NCBI GenBank assembly: GCA_973895155.1
Contig: OZ316891.1
Span: forward strand, 29,499,611-29,563,610
From: Marsupella aquatica
Taxonomy: Eukaryota > Plantae > Marchantiophyta
DNA: 64,000 nucleotides
Reading direction: 5' to 3'
Part shown: positions 1-13,995 of the stretch, piece after piece
Numbering within the stretch: position 1 is the stretch's first letter
Layout: each line of letters starts with the position of its first letter
Made by a program: the position numbers and the translations under genes
Notes under the pieces: model-generated
The model's database searches: none
The model's input: the letters and a program-made list of their open reading frames with translations, nothing else
What the model was told of the DNA's origin: nothing

Positions 1-1870
1 CCGGTCTGCTGCCCGGAACCTCGACCCGGACTTTGCCGACCCGGCCTTCGTCGACCCGGCTGAATTTCCGGATGCACCCGGCCATGCCTCCCTAGACACC
101 CTAGTTGATTTCCAGATCATCTCAGACACATTCTAGAAGGTGAAGAGGAAGACCACTGTGATGGAGAAGGCCATCACTGATATTTCTCAAAAGTTAGGAG
201 TGAAACCAGGGCAGATTCTTGAAAAGATCTCCACCATGAGTGATGCCACAGATAAGAGGAAGTTGGAGAAGGAGAATGAGTTCCTCAAGAAGAAGGTATC
301 TAAACTCAAACAACAGTTGGAAAGGAGTAAGAAGAAGAATGAGCTTGAGCATACTCTCCAACTCAGTATCACTCAATCTTTGGATCTGATTGAGCCTTTG
401 ACTAAGATAGCTTCTCTGGATCTTCTTAAGGCCCAAATTTATGATGAGTATTTGGCCAAGAACACCACACCCATCCTTTTCTCCAAGATTAACCATTTAG
501 TGGTAGATGTGAGTACCAAGATGGATGATGCACTTACGAGTCTCTCAAAGACCTGTGAAGCCTTAAGGGAGATGAGTGACTTGACTACAGAGGAGCTATT
601 AACTGATATTGAGATTCCTCCCTTTACTACCAGATCTTTCTCTCCTAGTCCTCATGAAGGAGTCTATTCCACTGGCCCCTCATCACCCCTCAACCCTCCT
701 GGTTTCCCCACTCCCAGTACACACTTCCACTCCCATTCTTACACTTATTCTCATGACCCAAGTGCCCATCAGGAGAACATGGATATTGACCCGTCCATCC
801 CTTTTACCACTGGCCAGCAGGAAGTTTTCCTTCGACCAGAACCCCTTGCCATGGCTAACCCTGAGGAGGTTCCTTCCCAAAAGCCAGGACCAGAATAGAG
901 TTATATTTAGAGAGTTAGAGCCACATTAGTTTAAACTTAGAAATAGCTATATAGATTAGTATATGAGTAAGTAGACTCCAATATTTTGTTGATGTATCCA
1001 TTGGAGACTCTACTCCATTTTTGACTAGGATAGTTCACTTTTATTTACATATTTCTTTAGACTTGGGTTTTGAAGAGGCATGTCTTTTCATAATCTCCAC
1101 TTTTAGTACAAAAGGAGGAGAACCCAAAGTCAACCTTGAGAGAGAAAATATACATTTTGATTTCCTCATTGTCTTTAAAGGAATCTATGTCTTTTCTTCC
1201 CTTCTTTTTACCATGGTTGAGTAAAAGGAAGAAGTTTTAGCAACCCTTGAGTTGTTGTGAAGTGTTCAATGAATGCTAGAGTGTGCCTTAATGATATTGA
1301 AAGATCAATGAGATTTGTGATCAATACATTTGGAAGATTCACCAAAGAGGAAATTGACATTTACATAGAACTCAAACAAACAATCTTAAGGATTGTAGGA
1401 GAAGTAAACCAATTCGAGTATCCTAGTACCGTCTTAAGCAAGACCAAAAAAGTGTCCCGGGTTGATTTACATTGTTGTCTTCTAAATTCAATAGATGGAG
1501 AAGAGTTGCTACGAGAAATCAAAAAGTATAGAAAATGTTGATTTCTGAATCTTAAATTAGGCCATAATCCTTATTGAAAGAGTGGTGATGGTCAGAAATT
1601 CAATTCCCTTGCACTTTGAAAACTCCTATCAACTCTCTCTCTAGTTTCAATCTTTATTAATTCTAGTCTTTATTATTGCACTGTGAATCCTAAGGATTAC
1701 CCACTTGAGTTTGTGGTTAAACACTTATGTTAAAGAGATCATTAGAAATCTCTCCAACCTAAGAATGTTGGTGTAAACTTCTCAAATCGTGTTAATTAGG
1801 TCTTTTCGATCTTATCCACTCCTAACCGGAACGAAATCGAGTTGTTAAGGAGTAAATAGTCATTTATCTC
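1..1870 (+). mobile_element. Probable 3' part of an LTR retrotransposon (coiled-coil ORF 140-898, purine tracts, AT-rich LTR-like tail) interrupting the downstream transposase
   Basis: CGACCCGG repeats at 1-60. 252-aa coiled-coil/Pro-rich ORF of no recognisable cellular family. AAAGGAGGAG purine tract near 1110. Abrupt junction into transposase-like sequence near 1870. No gag/pol seen. Confidence 0.35.
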
Positions 1871-1879
1871 TTTATCACC

Positions 1880-4715
1880 TTGCTACATAACCTAAACAAG
1901 AGCAAGGAGGGATATAGGTTTAAGCCAGGGACAAAGCTTTTGTGCCAGATACTATTCTTGCATGGTGGTCGGCGCATTGTTGATTGCCTTGCGAGTAATG
2001 GAATAGGCCCTAGTCTAAACACCCTGCAACGAGACAAGAGAGGTATGATAGTATTTCGAGTTGGTGTCCATGCTGAGCAGTTCCAGTTTATTGCTGAGGT
2101 GTACTCACAAATCAAAACTTGACTGAACATATCAGGGCCTATACCTTGTTATTTGGCAGAGGATGAAACCTGTGTAAAGCGAACAGTCAGGTGCTTTGTT
2201 CTTCCTTTTCTCTCTTGGGTAATGATGGTCTGCCATTCTGTCATTCAAAATCGTAGAGTTATGTGTGAGCACTGAATGTAAGGGCAGTTCTGCCGTTGCT
2301 TGCAGATGGTTGTCAAAACATGATACACTCATAGGGTTTTGCAGTCGCAAAGTCAACCATGAATGTAAGGTCGGGCTGGAGATACCAGTGGGGGAAGGAG
2401 AAGGTGGCTTCAACAACATTGTTGATGCTTTTGGTAATTCCATTGTAGGGCATCAGGCAAGGTGTATCATAGTGAGTCCCCTGGCTGAAGGGTTTCCTCA
2501 CTTGTGTGTTGTGGCCAGTACAACATGCAATAAATTTGATGCTCATTGGGTTAGAAGTGGGTGGGTGGAAGTAGAGGACTTGTGGACTACTCATTGCCTT
2601 GAGAAAGTGGGTCCTATCTTGGGGCATGCAAGTGATGGAGATTCTCGAAGGAGAAAGCTCATGTTGCAGGATTATGTAGGGAGAGGTGTACCAGGCCCAA
2701 GATAGAACCTCAGGTGGGAAGGTTGGCAACTGACACATTCAATGACCACCGATACACCCTTAATACACGCTGTGGGGCTACACGATCAAGATTATATTCA
2801 CAATAGGAAAAAGCTAGTGAATCCATTGGATTCTACTTCCAGGACTTTGAAGTTAGGATCACAAATGGCAAATTTGAGTCACCTAATACACCTAGAGGAG
2901 TTATATGATGTAAGTGAGCATGGTTTGAATAAGGTTGACATAAAACGGATTGATAGGCAAAATTGGGCTAGTGCACAAAGGCTCTAGCCGAAAAGTGAGT
3001 CAGACACTGAGGGCAATGCGGATGCGTTTGGATGCAAGAATAGAGCTTACTCTTGGGACAGAGGTTTACACTCGAATATGTGCAGATTATTTGGACATAT
3101 TTCTGAATACTTTGCGAGAGCGGATTGTGTTGTGTGCAAAAGTGGGCTTCTTTTTGAGGCTTTGGCGTCTGTGGTGTTTTCATGGGAACCATGCAGTGGG
3201 GGGAAACACTCAACGAATAACTTTTTCCAAAAATTGCATACCCATGCAAACTTTCCTTGACATTCAAATGTCTGTTCATTTTGTAGTCCTCTTGATAATC
3301 CAATTTAGGGATAATTTAAGACATCTTCCAGTGCCTTTGTACCTAACAGGGTCAGATGCTTGCGAACAGTTCTTCTCCAAGGTAGGAGGCATGAGGGGCA
3401 ATGAGCGAAGCTATGACATAGCAGAATTAGTGGACTGTGCTACAAATCTGAACCGATTGGTTGCAATGGATCTGGCTGAGGGAATGATGGGTGTTGGGAA
3501 GAGCCATAAGAAACACTCAACCATCTGGATGGATCTTCATCCGGTAGCCAATCATAGGGAGGAAGATCACATGAATTATACTGGAATTGAGAGTAATGCA
3601 AAAATCGTGAAAGCTCTACAGGAGGGCTTTGTATTGGCCCAAGGTGCTGCAATTGAGTTAGAGATGAATCCCTCCACATCTTGCAGGGACCAGGTGTGGT
3701 GGAAAACGCCTTGGAAGATTGAAGCAAAAGGGGTAAAGTTTGGTGGATGGTGTGATATCAATGTGGATACTTTGGTATCTTCTTTGGATCATTCTTTGGG
3801 TCCAAGATTGGGTGTAGTGGTTGCAAATGAAGGTGAATCATCCGCTGCTGTTGTGAAAGAGGGTGTAGTAGTTGCGCAAGAAGGTGAATCAGCTTCTGCT
3901 CCTGTCGAAGAGGAGGCTATTCCTGAGGTCTTTACTGGTGAGGACATAGAGACAGCGTGCGCTCAGGTGTCCGCTACTATGAACATTCTGCATTATGCCT
4001 GCTGTATGGGGCACCAAGAAAGGATGTGAAACCAACTGTAAGTTACCAAGATCGACAGATCTACAAGAGCACATTGGTTAGTCAATTAGTTGGGAACCCT
4101 CTTCTTAGTAAGGATCGCTTGACCCGTGTACGACAAAGTATTTACTTCAACAATTTAGTGGACAAACCAAACATTCGGGAAGGTGTTCAAACTATGTTCA
4201 TGACAGTAGGCAATGACTGTGGAGTGTTTTTTCTTGATGAAAGTGAGCAGGTGACTAGGACCACCAGGAACACAATGGCGTTATCACAAAGTAATAAAGG
4301 GAAGGGAAAAGGAAAGAGGTTGGCAGAGCCAAGCAGTCAAACATCAAAGAGGCCAAGAGGTGAACTTGTACAGGTTTCTTCTATTTCTGGGGGAAAGTAT
4401 GTCTGGTGGATTGGGAGAGTGCAAAGCATCCATAGAAAATATGGAAATAATTTAGCCAGGTCTAGGGAAGCATTAGATTTGCTTGATAGGCCTAGTGCTG
4501 AAGACTGTTGTCAAGTGGTTTTCAATTGGTTTACTCCGATTGGGAGCAGTAAGCACAAATTTGCCTACAATATGGTAGATCCACAGTCCATTGACCTGGA
4601 TTGTGTGATATCAACAGTGAATTTTACAGTTGATCCACTGTACCCAACAGTCTTCAAGTTGCATCCAGATGATGTAACTACTCTGGACAATTTTGTCACA
4701 AACAAGATTGTGTAA
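1880..4715 (+). pseudogene. Decayed P-element-like (THAP9-related) DDE transposase, 5'-truncated, with stops, frameshifts and a probable intron at about 2191-2306
   Basis: Ordered motifs across frames: LAEDET, DTLIGFC, GHASDGDSRRRKLM, QDYIHNRKKLVNPL, DRQNWASAQRL, GFFLRLWRLW, GSDACEQFFSKVG. These fit the D / SDG / D(2)H / DxxN / CExxF pattern of P-superfamily transposases. Confidence 0.65.
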
Positions 4716-7659
4716 TTATCATCATTTGCGTAAGGCTACACCAAAGTGTGTATCATCTGATGGTTACATACTTAGTTTGAGCTTGCTGCAACTTTGTATT
4801 GGTAGGATACCAGTTTTTAAATGTAGTGTAGTATGTATGGCGATTGTACTTGTAATTCAAACTCTGATATTCCTACTGCTATTGATACGTGCTTCCTTGG
4901 TCTACTGTTGGATCAGTTTGATTTGCTTGCTAGAATGGCTTCTAACAGGTACATGATTGCTACTTGCAATAATGGCTTGGAGCCTGTGGTCGGGCCTGTG
5001 GATTCAATTCTAAGTCAAGTGGCAACAACAAAGGATCCTGAATTGCATAGGATCGATGATGAAGCAAAATGGAGCAACATGGAGAATGACGTGTAGATGG
5101 ACGTGCAGACAAATGGATCCTATGGGCTCCTTCTTAGGCCAATCGGGAGTCCAGTTCATGGGTGTGGAGGTGAACATGTTGTCTCAGATGAGGTTCGTGT
5201 ATTAGAAGTGGCAGGTGTGGAGGCCCCAGTGGAGGCGAGACTAGAGGGGTTCTTCAAAATTGTTCCTGGTTTGGATTCCAATTTGATGACTAGTGTTGTA
5301 CCAACACACTTCCTGCAACAAATATTTTGGCGAGCTGGATTGCCTCCTGGGTGGCCTGCAATCTGTTGTCCTACAAACTCGCCTACAAACGATGATGAGG
5401 ATGGGGATGGGGATGAGGTTGATTTTGATGAGATTCTGTTCAATTTGTGTGATGATAGTTCTGTAGCCCATTCTGTAGTTGGGGGAACCCACTGGATACT
5501 TTAGTGTCCCAAGTGAGTCCTTCTGTTAGTACCTATACCTGCACCTAGATTAGTTGTATCTTAGCTATCTGGTTTGTAACCTCGTTAAGTTTGTAATAGT
5601 CTCTCCAGGCCAATGTACCGTGCAGGCCTTGTGCAGGTGGTGCCCATGCTTGTGTGGGTGTTTCTACTGCCTACCTATCTTGCCCAGTCTTGCCTATACG
5701 AGTTTAGCCATATTGGTAAAACATATATGCATTGTATGCATTATTGTATGCCCCACTGGGGTCCCGCTGTAAGCATCATTATTTTGCAAAATTTTGTATC
5801 TTGTATCTTGTAAGTTAACCCTATCTTGAGGTTTTCTACTTATAATTCCTGAATGTGTTTTTAAATATAGATTTTATCAGTTTTATAATGCACTTAAGGG
5901 TGCCAAAAATTATCAGCAATTAAGTTTTTAGATATAATAAGGGTAATGTAAATGAAGGAAAAAAATACTAAGAAGGGGTAGGCAAGAGGGCTCCGGTCAC
6001 AGGGGGGTACACTTAATATACATAGAGTGAGGGCCCAGGGGAATTCGCAGCCCAAGGGAATACAGAACATAACCCCACCAGCACTAGCGTTTTGCAGTCT
6101 GTTTTTTTCTGGCAAAACTAGCCAAATACCATGTTTATGGAAAGTAAATTGAAGCCAAAATGGACCCAAGTTGTCAATTATACAATCTCTAAGGACTGGG
6201 ATCCCCTTTATAGTTTAGCCCACTCACAGTAGTTTGGCTTCCAAAAGTTTTTGGTCAGCAAGTTTTTACAATCAATTTTCCCTTGATCTGCACTGATCAG
6301 GTTCTCACTTGATATGCAGTGGAACTGTCTGTTCTTGGGATTGTTAGAAGTAGAGTTGAAAGATCTTTCCAACTAGTTTAATGCAGTCAACCTCATTACA
6401 AATTAGAGGGAGCCAAAAATTTTCAAAGTGTATCCCATCCATGGGGTCTCACATCACCTCCAACCTTTTAGTTGTCTTACACCCCAAAAATTTAAGAAAT
6501 TAGTTTGGAATGTCCTTGGAATGCTGTAAATTCTGGTTTCAAATTCCCATCTTTTTCTTTAAGTCTCAGAATTGTATTTAAGAGACCCTAACATTCTTAC
6601 ACATAAATTTGTAAGTTCTCCCTTAGAACTAATAAAATTACAATATGCATGTGTTGTGCTGTTTTCACAAAAGTCAGACCAAGCCAGAGCTCTTTACTTG
6701 CTGTACACCCTTCCTGCTTCTAAGATTTTTTTCTTGTCAAACTTTGACATTCAAATTCTCCCTGGATAGAGTGGAATAGGCGATTTTTGGATTCATTAGA
6801 AGTAGCTTGGAATTATCTGTCCACTAGTCTTATGTAGTCAATTTTTGTTAATCATTGCTAGAGCTACACTTCAGTCAAAGTGACAGTGAAATTGTAGCCA
6901 ATTTGGTCAAATTATTCATCATGGAATGCTGAGGGGTAAATTTTACTAGACTAATTTTCAGTGCATTAATATAAAGCATTAGTGCTTTTGTTTTGTCATG
7001 TCTCCTCCTTCTCTACTCGCCTTGCAGTTGAAAAACTAAAAATTATTTTAAGACTCACAATTATCAACTTTTAAACCCAAAACTCCGATGGACCACCAAA
7101 ACATGGTCCACGGGAACAATGTGTCCAACAGGGAGGTCCATCCAGGCTTCATTTCCCTCGGGTGGGGTTTTTGTTCTTTGGCACTGCGATAGCTTATGTC
7201 TCTTTGATTAACAGAGCACTCTGTCTCATTCAAGTCATTCTGTAGGTTGAAGCATTTTCCATGCTTCTCCTTCTCTCGCTTGGGAGCAGTGCTTGTGCTT
7301 CTTTGAGTTGTCAATTTGTTTGCCACTACAGTCTAGTCTATAGTGTCTAAGTGTAGGCTCCTGGGAAGATACCCCAAGCCTGCAGTTGTTGACATTATGC
7401 ACTTCATCATAAGTGCATGTTGCACATTTCCATATGTGCTTGTTGCACTTTCCCATAAGTGCACAAAATTGCATATGCACTTCCACAAATGTCTTGTCAG
7501 GTCATAGGCAGGACTCATACCCAGAATCTTCATAGTGCACCATTCAACTGGATAAGTGCATGAATCTACAATGTGTAGAACTTGTCTGTTGTACTGGATA
7601 CAAATGCTTCTAACATATGTGATGCAATAGTTGATTAATGCATCTCTACTCTTACATAA

Positions 7660-8470
7660 ATGCTCTTATGTAGTTTAGTGATGGGCAACCTGCACTTACA
7701 GATGATACATTTATTGGTGCATACAAAGAAGTTTGCTGTATCATTGAGAGATTACAGCCTTACAGGACCACCCTGCACTTACCCAAGGAATGGAGTGATA
7801 CACACTTGTAAGTCTGCTGTATTATTGAGGGATCACAGGACCACCCTGCACTTACCCATTACTGAGGGATTACAGGACCACCCTGCACTTACCCATTACT
7901 GAGGGATTACAGGACCACCCTGCGCTTACCCACGGAATGGAGTGACACACCCTTGTAAATTTGCTGTATTATTGAGGGATTGCAGGACCACCCTGCACTT
8001 ACCCATGCAATGCAATGATACACACTGCACTTATCCACGTTAGCTTTGATACACACTGCACTTATCCATGTTAGCTTGCAGGTAGGCATCTTGTGGAAGC
8101 CCTTATGTATTTGTGGTTTAGTGATGGGCAACTTGCACTTACAGATGATATATTTAGTAGTGCATTTATTGGTGCATTTACAAAGTAATTTGCTGTATTA
8201 TTGAGGGATTACAGGACCACCCTGCACTTATCCACTGTAGATTACACACTGCACTTATCCACTGTAGATTACACACTGCACTTATCCACGTTAGCTTGTA
8301 GTAGGGTAGGCATCTTGTGGAAGCCCTTATGTATTTGTGGTTTAGTGATGGGCAACCTGCACTTACAGAAGATACATTATTAGTGCATTTATTGGTGCAT
8401 TTACAAAGTAATTTGCTGTATTATTGAGGGATTATAGGACCACCCTGCACTTATCCACGGTAGTGATTGT
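7660..8470. repeat. Nested tandem/subterminal repeat array: 37-bp unit CAGGACCACCCTGCACTTACCCATTACTGAGGGATTA, 24-bp unit CACTGCACTTATCCACTGTAGATT, and larger about 130-bp duplications
   Basis: Repeated CTGCACTTA core seen directly more than 15 times. Probably subterminal repeats of the DNA transposon ending near 8700. Confidence 0.85.
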
Positions 8471-9190
8471 AGTAGGGTAGGTTGCAGCATCTTGTGGAAG
8501 CTCCGCGCAGCAATTTAGCAGAGGTATTTGCTTGATAGACCCTCAAAATGAAACTTGTTACTTGATCCACCTCTGAGGTCTATGAACGGCCCAGATCTGA
8601 GATTGAAAGGTCCATCAATGGTCCAGATTGGGGAAAAATATCGAGGGGGTTGATGAACCAAACTTTTTCCAGAGGGTCTCTTCTAAGTATATCCCTCAAT
8701 TTTAGCGCCATCTATGTGTGAAAATCGTTCTTCTAGTCGTTTGCAACTAGGTCGGAGCGTTTTCTCTATCTCCCGCCAACAAATCTCAGTTCTGCTGATT
8801 CTCTGTCTCGTTTTCGCTCGACACTGCATTTGGTTTAGGCATTCTGTCCGAGCTCGCTACTGCATTTTGGCTTAGGCATTCTGTCGAGCTCAGCGCAGAC
8901 ATGTGGGCTTTGCAAACCCTCTGTCTGTGCGCGACGGGGGTTTCGAGCATTGGAGGCTCTTTGAATTCGACGTACTAAAGTTTCTGCAATGACTATGGCT
9001 CCTGCAGTTCACTTGAACTTCTCTGCGGCAATCGCGACTCCCGGTTATCGTGGTGTAACAAGCAACTGAAGGAATTAAGAATCTCTGGCCCGGTTCTTCC
9101 CCTCTCTCGGGCGATTTCATGCTGCGGACAAGGGTCCTGCTGAGGGACGGACAACGATTTTAGAGAGAGGGATTGCGCAATTAGGGTGCA

Positions 9191-10576
9191 ATGAATTTCC
9201 AAGTAATCGTGCTGGCTTCTGGAGGAGGAAGTCAGTCCAAGGAGCTGTTTCCTCTCGTGAATAAAGATCTGCCCAAACCCCTTCTGCCGGTCGGGAATCG
9301 CCCGCTTATAAGCTATGCTTTGGAACTCTTGGAATCCAGTAGCATCAAGGATCTCATCGTCGTCGTTCCTGGTGATGATGAAGCTGCCACTCAGGTACAC
9401 AACTGGATTTTGAATGCCTTCGACGACCGCTTGCACGTGGTGGTGGAATCTGTTCCAGAGGACTGCGAGACTGCGGATGTCCTGAGGAAAATTGGCCATC
9501 GGCTCACGGCTAATGATTTTGTGGTTGTCAGTGGTGACCTTATCAGTGATGTCCCCCTAGGCACCGTGGCAGCCACACACAGACGACAAGGAGCTGTTAT
9601 GACTGCTCTTTTGTGTCACCGGCCCAACTTTAGCTCTTCTGACGTTACTACGAGTAGTCCTGCAAAGGACAAGCTGAAGCAACCAACTTCCGATATAATT
9701 GGTCTTGATTCTACACATCAGTATCTCTTGTTTTTAGCATCTCGTGGGCAAGTCGAGAAGGATCTGAAGATTAGACGGTCTTTGCTGCAAGCAGTTGGTC
9801 AAATGGAGATTCATACTGATCTGATTGACGCACAGCTGTACGCCTTCAACACGAAATTGGTGCAGGAAGTGTTAGAAACGAGGCCAGGCATCAAGAGTAT
9901 CAAGCTGGATCTGGTTCCTTACCTCATCCGATCACAACTTAGAGTGGGGTCTGGTTCCATCCCTCCTGCTGTGTCCTCAGATGAATCCCCAGATAATCTT
10001 CCAGGTGGATTGGTGGGAGACAGAGCACCACAATCACCCAATCCTGCAGATGAAGTTGCGACTTTGTTGGGCCGGGTATGTTCTGTCTCACCGTCCCCTT
10101 TAAAGTGCTGTGCATATGTGGCAAGTCAAGCCAATTACTGTGCAAGAGTGAGCTCCTTGCAAGCGTACATGGACATCAATCGGGCCGTAGCTGGCGAGGT
10201 CGTTCATTTGACTGGTCACGAGGTGTCGAAACAAAATAATGTGGTCCATGCAACTGCAGTTCTTGGATCCAGAACTACTGTCGGAACCTGTTGCATCGTT
10301 GGCGAGGGTTCCCAGATGGGTGATAAGTGCAAAATAAAACGTTCTGTCGTTGGAAGGCATTGTAGAATTGGCTCGAATGTCACCATCACAAATTCAGTAG
10401 TCATGAATTATGTCACTATCGAAGACCACTGCTCAATTCAAGGTTCAGTTGTTTGTAGCAATGCGCACCTGCAACAACGTTCCTCATTGAAAGATTGTCA
10501 AGTTGGTGCTAGTTATAATGTGGCAGAAAATACGGATCATAGGGAGGAGGCATTGGTGAAGAAGGAGAAGAATTGA
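9191..10576 (+). CDS. EIF2B3: Translation initiation factor eIF2B gamma subunit (461 aa, intronless CDS)
   Basis: N-terminal nucleotidyltransferase-like fold (FQVIVLASGG...PKPLLPVGNRPLISYALELLE, VVSGDLISD) plus C-terminal hexapeptide beta-helix (SVVGRHCRIGSNVTITNSVVM). Confidence 0.93.
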   Translation: MNFQVIVLASGGGSQSKELFPLVNKDLPKPLLPVGNRPLISYALELLESSSIKDLIVVVPGDDEAATQVHNWILNAFDDRLHVVVESVPEDCETADVLRKIGHRLTANDFVVVSGDLISDVPLGTVAATHRRQGAVMTALLCHRPNFSSSDVTTSSPAKDKLKQPTSDIIGLDSTHQYLLFLASRGQVEKDLKIRRSLLQAVGQMEIHTDLIDAQLYAFNTKLVQEVLETRPGIKSIKLDLVPYLIRSQLRVGSGSIPPAVSSDESPDNLPGGLVGDRAPQSPNPADEVATLLGRVCSVSPSPLKCCAYVASQANYCARVSSLQAYMDINRAVAGEVVHLTGHEVSKQNNVVHATAVLGSRTTVGTCCIVGEGSQMGDKCKIKRSVVGRHCRIGSNVTITNSVVMNYVTIEDHCSIQGSVVCSNAHLQQRSSLKDCQVGASYNVAENTDHREEALVKKEKN

Positions 10577-13500
10577 CCCACAGTTTCCGTTATCATGTCC
10601 TTAATGTCTTTTGTTCTGTGTTAATTTGGGCCATTATTCTCACGGGATGCTGAAGAATGCAGTCGTCCACACTCATAGGCTAGGCTGAGTCATTGGTACT
10701 GTTCTAAATAGAGCCATTCATTTTAAGATTGGTTTTAGTCTTTTGTATACGTTTGGTACTGGGGCTTAAGGTTACGCTTTGCCATAGATTCGGTCTGTGT
10801 TTACATCAGCTGATCTTAGACTGCCAGTGTGGTGTGGGTGCCCACAATAAAAATTGGACAATTGGAAGCAAGAAAGAGATGTCTGGCGCTGATGACTGAC
10901 TATGTGGTAGGTGACTGTCCGTGTGTTTTAACTTTAATCACAGGACCTTGAATTGTGTGAAACAGCTCCTAAGCTGTGATTATCCAGACTATTGCGATAT
11001 GAGTTGAGCAAGGAAAGGGAGTGTCTGCAGACTGCATAAGATTTAGGGACTGCTCCCCAACTTTCACTTGCAGAGATATTACAGTAGTAAGAGCCCTCTA
11101 CGTGATAAGAAATGGTAGTCTACTAGGAAAAGAGAAATGCAGAGTATGAATATTGCAGCGGGTACATTCAGCTTGGAAATGACAGTCACTGCTATCCAGG
11201 AAAATCAAAGTACTGCAACCTGAAATTCTGTTTTCCTGGGCTAATCCTCTCGGTCCCCAATTTACAACATTACGAAACCCACATAGGTTCACAATTTGAC
11301 ATGTCCAAATAAGGTCTGAAAATTCCACGGCCACAAGCATCCCCATGCGCTTGTCAGAGGCAGTGTCTCTTGCCGTGCTCTAAACAATTAGCATTGAGTG
11401 TTCAATTTCTCCATTCTGCAAATTGTCTCAATTAAAATACGGGAAAGATTTGCATGGTGCAAAACGAACTACAGTAATGTGACGACCCTGTCCATGATTA
11501 TCAAGTGACACATAAATTGTTGACTCGGTTCAGGTTATGTGGTTGGCAATCTTTGATACACGACAAAAATTGCTGCCAAAAACTTCTCCAACGATAAACA
11601 GACTACCACAAAGGGTGTCACTTGACTCAAGCTGCTAACGAACACCAAACATACCAACCACAAATGCAGCAAAAGAGTATTATTTTTGCAGTGATCGATT
11701 AGTGTCAAGAACAAAACCTGCACAAGACGAACACTACCTTTGAAATCCCTGGCCACTTCCATGCAGAGAATGTGGGCTACTTACACCAGACTCCAACTCC
11801 TATAAGGCTTTCAGAATATCATTTGACGAGTGAGTTGCCATACTGTCAGCTCCAAAAAAGGACTCCAGTGATCGTATGGAGAGCTAGTGTAGTTTCTGGA
11901 TGTGGTCTCTGTGTCACTATAGGTCAGGGGTTTTGCTGAGGTTTTTTTACCTGTACAGTTTTTGGCAAATCTTTTCCCAACATGGAAGAAAATTCTGGCA
12001 GACCTTACCTGACACAAATCTTAAGCATCAAATTTCTGGGTGAATGAATGAGAACCGTCAGATCTTGCAAATGGGATTGGGACCTATTTAATATTTGGCT
12101 AATGAAGTCGTAAAATCTCTAATGTTTTTGCTTTGTATGATTCCCAAAGGCCACATTGGGCAGTAAGGAACTCTGTGAGTAATTTGTGAGGCTTTGTTGG
12201 CAGTCCCAATGTTTTCAGGACATCCCTAAGCTGCCAAGTGAGCAAATAGGATGTTCCCAATAGTGTTCCAATAGATGCTACTAGGGGAAGGAGCTTGAGA
12301 TGATACAAATTGATTTCTTAACAGTTTTAGTGACTTATTTGCCAAAATCAACTGTCCAGATGTGACTATTCATAGATCTAACCGTCAAAATGTGACCGAA
12401 CAAGTCAAGTGCAGATTTTTTGGCTAAGTGCAAGCACACTTGTTCTCATTAACGGTACTACCATTATAAGGAAGTGGCATGATAGAGCTTGCTACTTCAG
12501 GCAAGACTTATTTTATACCTGTTTAGCCACACTACAGTTTCAGTGAGTCTCTAAACCAACCTTTGGGTTGGTGGGCGATCACTCTTTAAGTTTTTCTCAA
12601 GAAGTTGCTGTTTAAAAATATATACCCTGTTGGTTCCCCTTACTTGAGGGATCAACTCAAGGCAGAAAAGGGTGTCAGAATAAAAATGAAACAACTAAGA
12701 AGCTGAGGTACACTCCAAAGGGGGTGACCTCAATACATAGGAGGAAATACCAAGTACAATGGCAACCATAAGTAGTTCCCTTGTCAAAATCAACAGCCTT
12801 AAACAACCACTGGCCATATAGAAGGAGGAAGCGTCCAAGACTTCCCCTTGTTTCATGTGCCATTCACTCCTCTTCTCTAGTGTGGCAATTTGTTTTACAA
12901 TTTCAGAAAAGAATTACTTTTAATGGTGAAGCTTGGTGGATCCAGATAGTGTCATGGCTAGTGGTGATTTGAGATTGTAATTACAGGTAGCCTAACTCAA
13001 CAGTGCCAAACAGAATCATTACCCAAACCTAGGTAACCACAAAAGTGAAGAAGGTAGAACCCCAATTGAACTCAAAGGCAAGTCTATCTATCTATCTATC
13101 TATCTATCTATAATCTGCCATAGAAGTCTATCTTCTCCATGAGTCAAGCATAATTTTTCTAGTAACAGAATTTTCTTGACATTTAGACCATGCTTGTGAG
13201 TTGATACCCACATGGGGAGTCCGGGTACAAGGAGCCCTTCTTGCGCAAAAGCATGGTAACCACAGGTATTTGGGCTACTAGAACATAAAGATACTAGCTC
13301 GAGTGTCCATGTTTTGAATATAAATAGAAGTGAGTACATTCAAGCCTGCTGCGCCATGTGCAGAGACTCACCCTCACTCTGCCCAGGTGAGAGAGGGGGG
13401 GGGGGGGGTAGGGGGTGCATGGGTAGACTATTTTTGGCAGATCAAAAGGTGACCAGTTTTTACTTTCTAGAGAAGGCTCAGGATTTAAGATGACATTTTG

Positions 13501-13831
13501 TGGACAGGTGATGGCCTAGAATAGGCTGGGTCATATATTATAGTGTTCGATTATTAATGAACCTCTACACTAGTTAGCCGGTATGGAAATAAACTAACTG
13601 CTGCACTAAACGTGATTAAATTGACCAGAGGCATCATCAGTCGTGCCCTAAGATGGACGATCTCGATCTCGAGCGGGCCGCTGAGATTGTACCGATCTGA
13701 CGGCGTAGATCGAGCGAGGATGGATTCTCGGACGAGAGCTTTCATTTCCTCTTCTCACTCTCGAACTCTCTCTTTTTCGTTTCTTCTCGTCTCTTTTCAC
13801 AGAGCTCCGTTTCGGTCTTCGTTCGAGGGCT

Positions 13832-13839
13832 TAGGGTTT
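13832..13839 (-). promoter_or_regulatory. Telobox (AAACCCTA) upstream of the fibrillarin ATG
   Basis: TAGGGTTT at 13832-13839. Teloboxes are typical of plant ribosome-biogenesis genes. Confidence 0.65.
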
Positions 13840-13995
13840 AAGCACAGACTCAAACCTGCGTTGGGAGGAGGAGAAGGCGGAGCACGAAGGATCGAGACGA
13901 AGAAATTTCTCGATTCCGAGCACCAGGTTGCTCTTCTGCTCAGCTCAGGTCAGCTCGGCTCGGCTCGGCTCGGCTCGGCCAGGGAGTTTGTAAAG

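Noticed and set aside
4833-5504. Second gene inside the P-like element
   Set aside because: Short broken ORFs on both strands with no recognisable domain.
7660-8470. CRISPR-like appearance of repeated CAGGACCACCCTGCACTTA units
   Set aside because: The intervening sequences are themselves repeated and irregular, there are no cas genes, and the context is eukaryotic.
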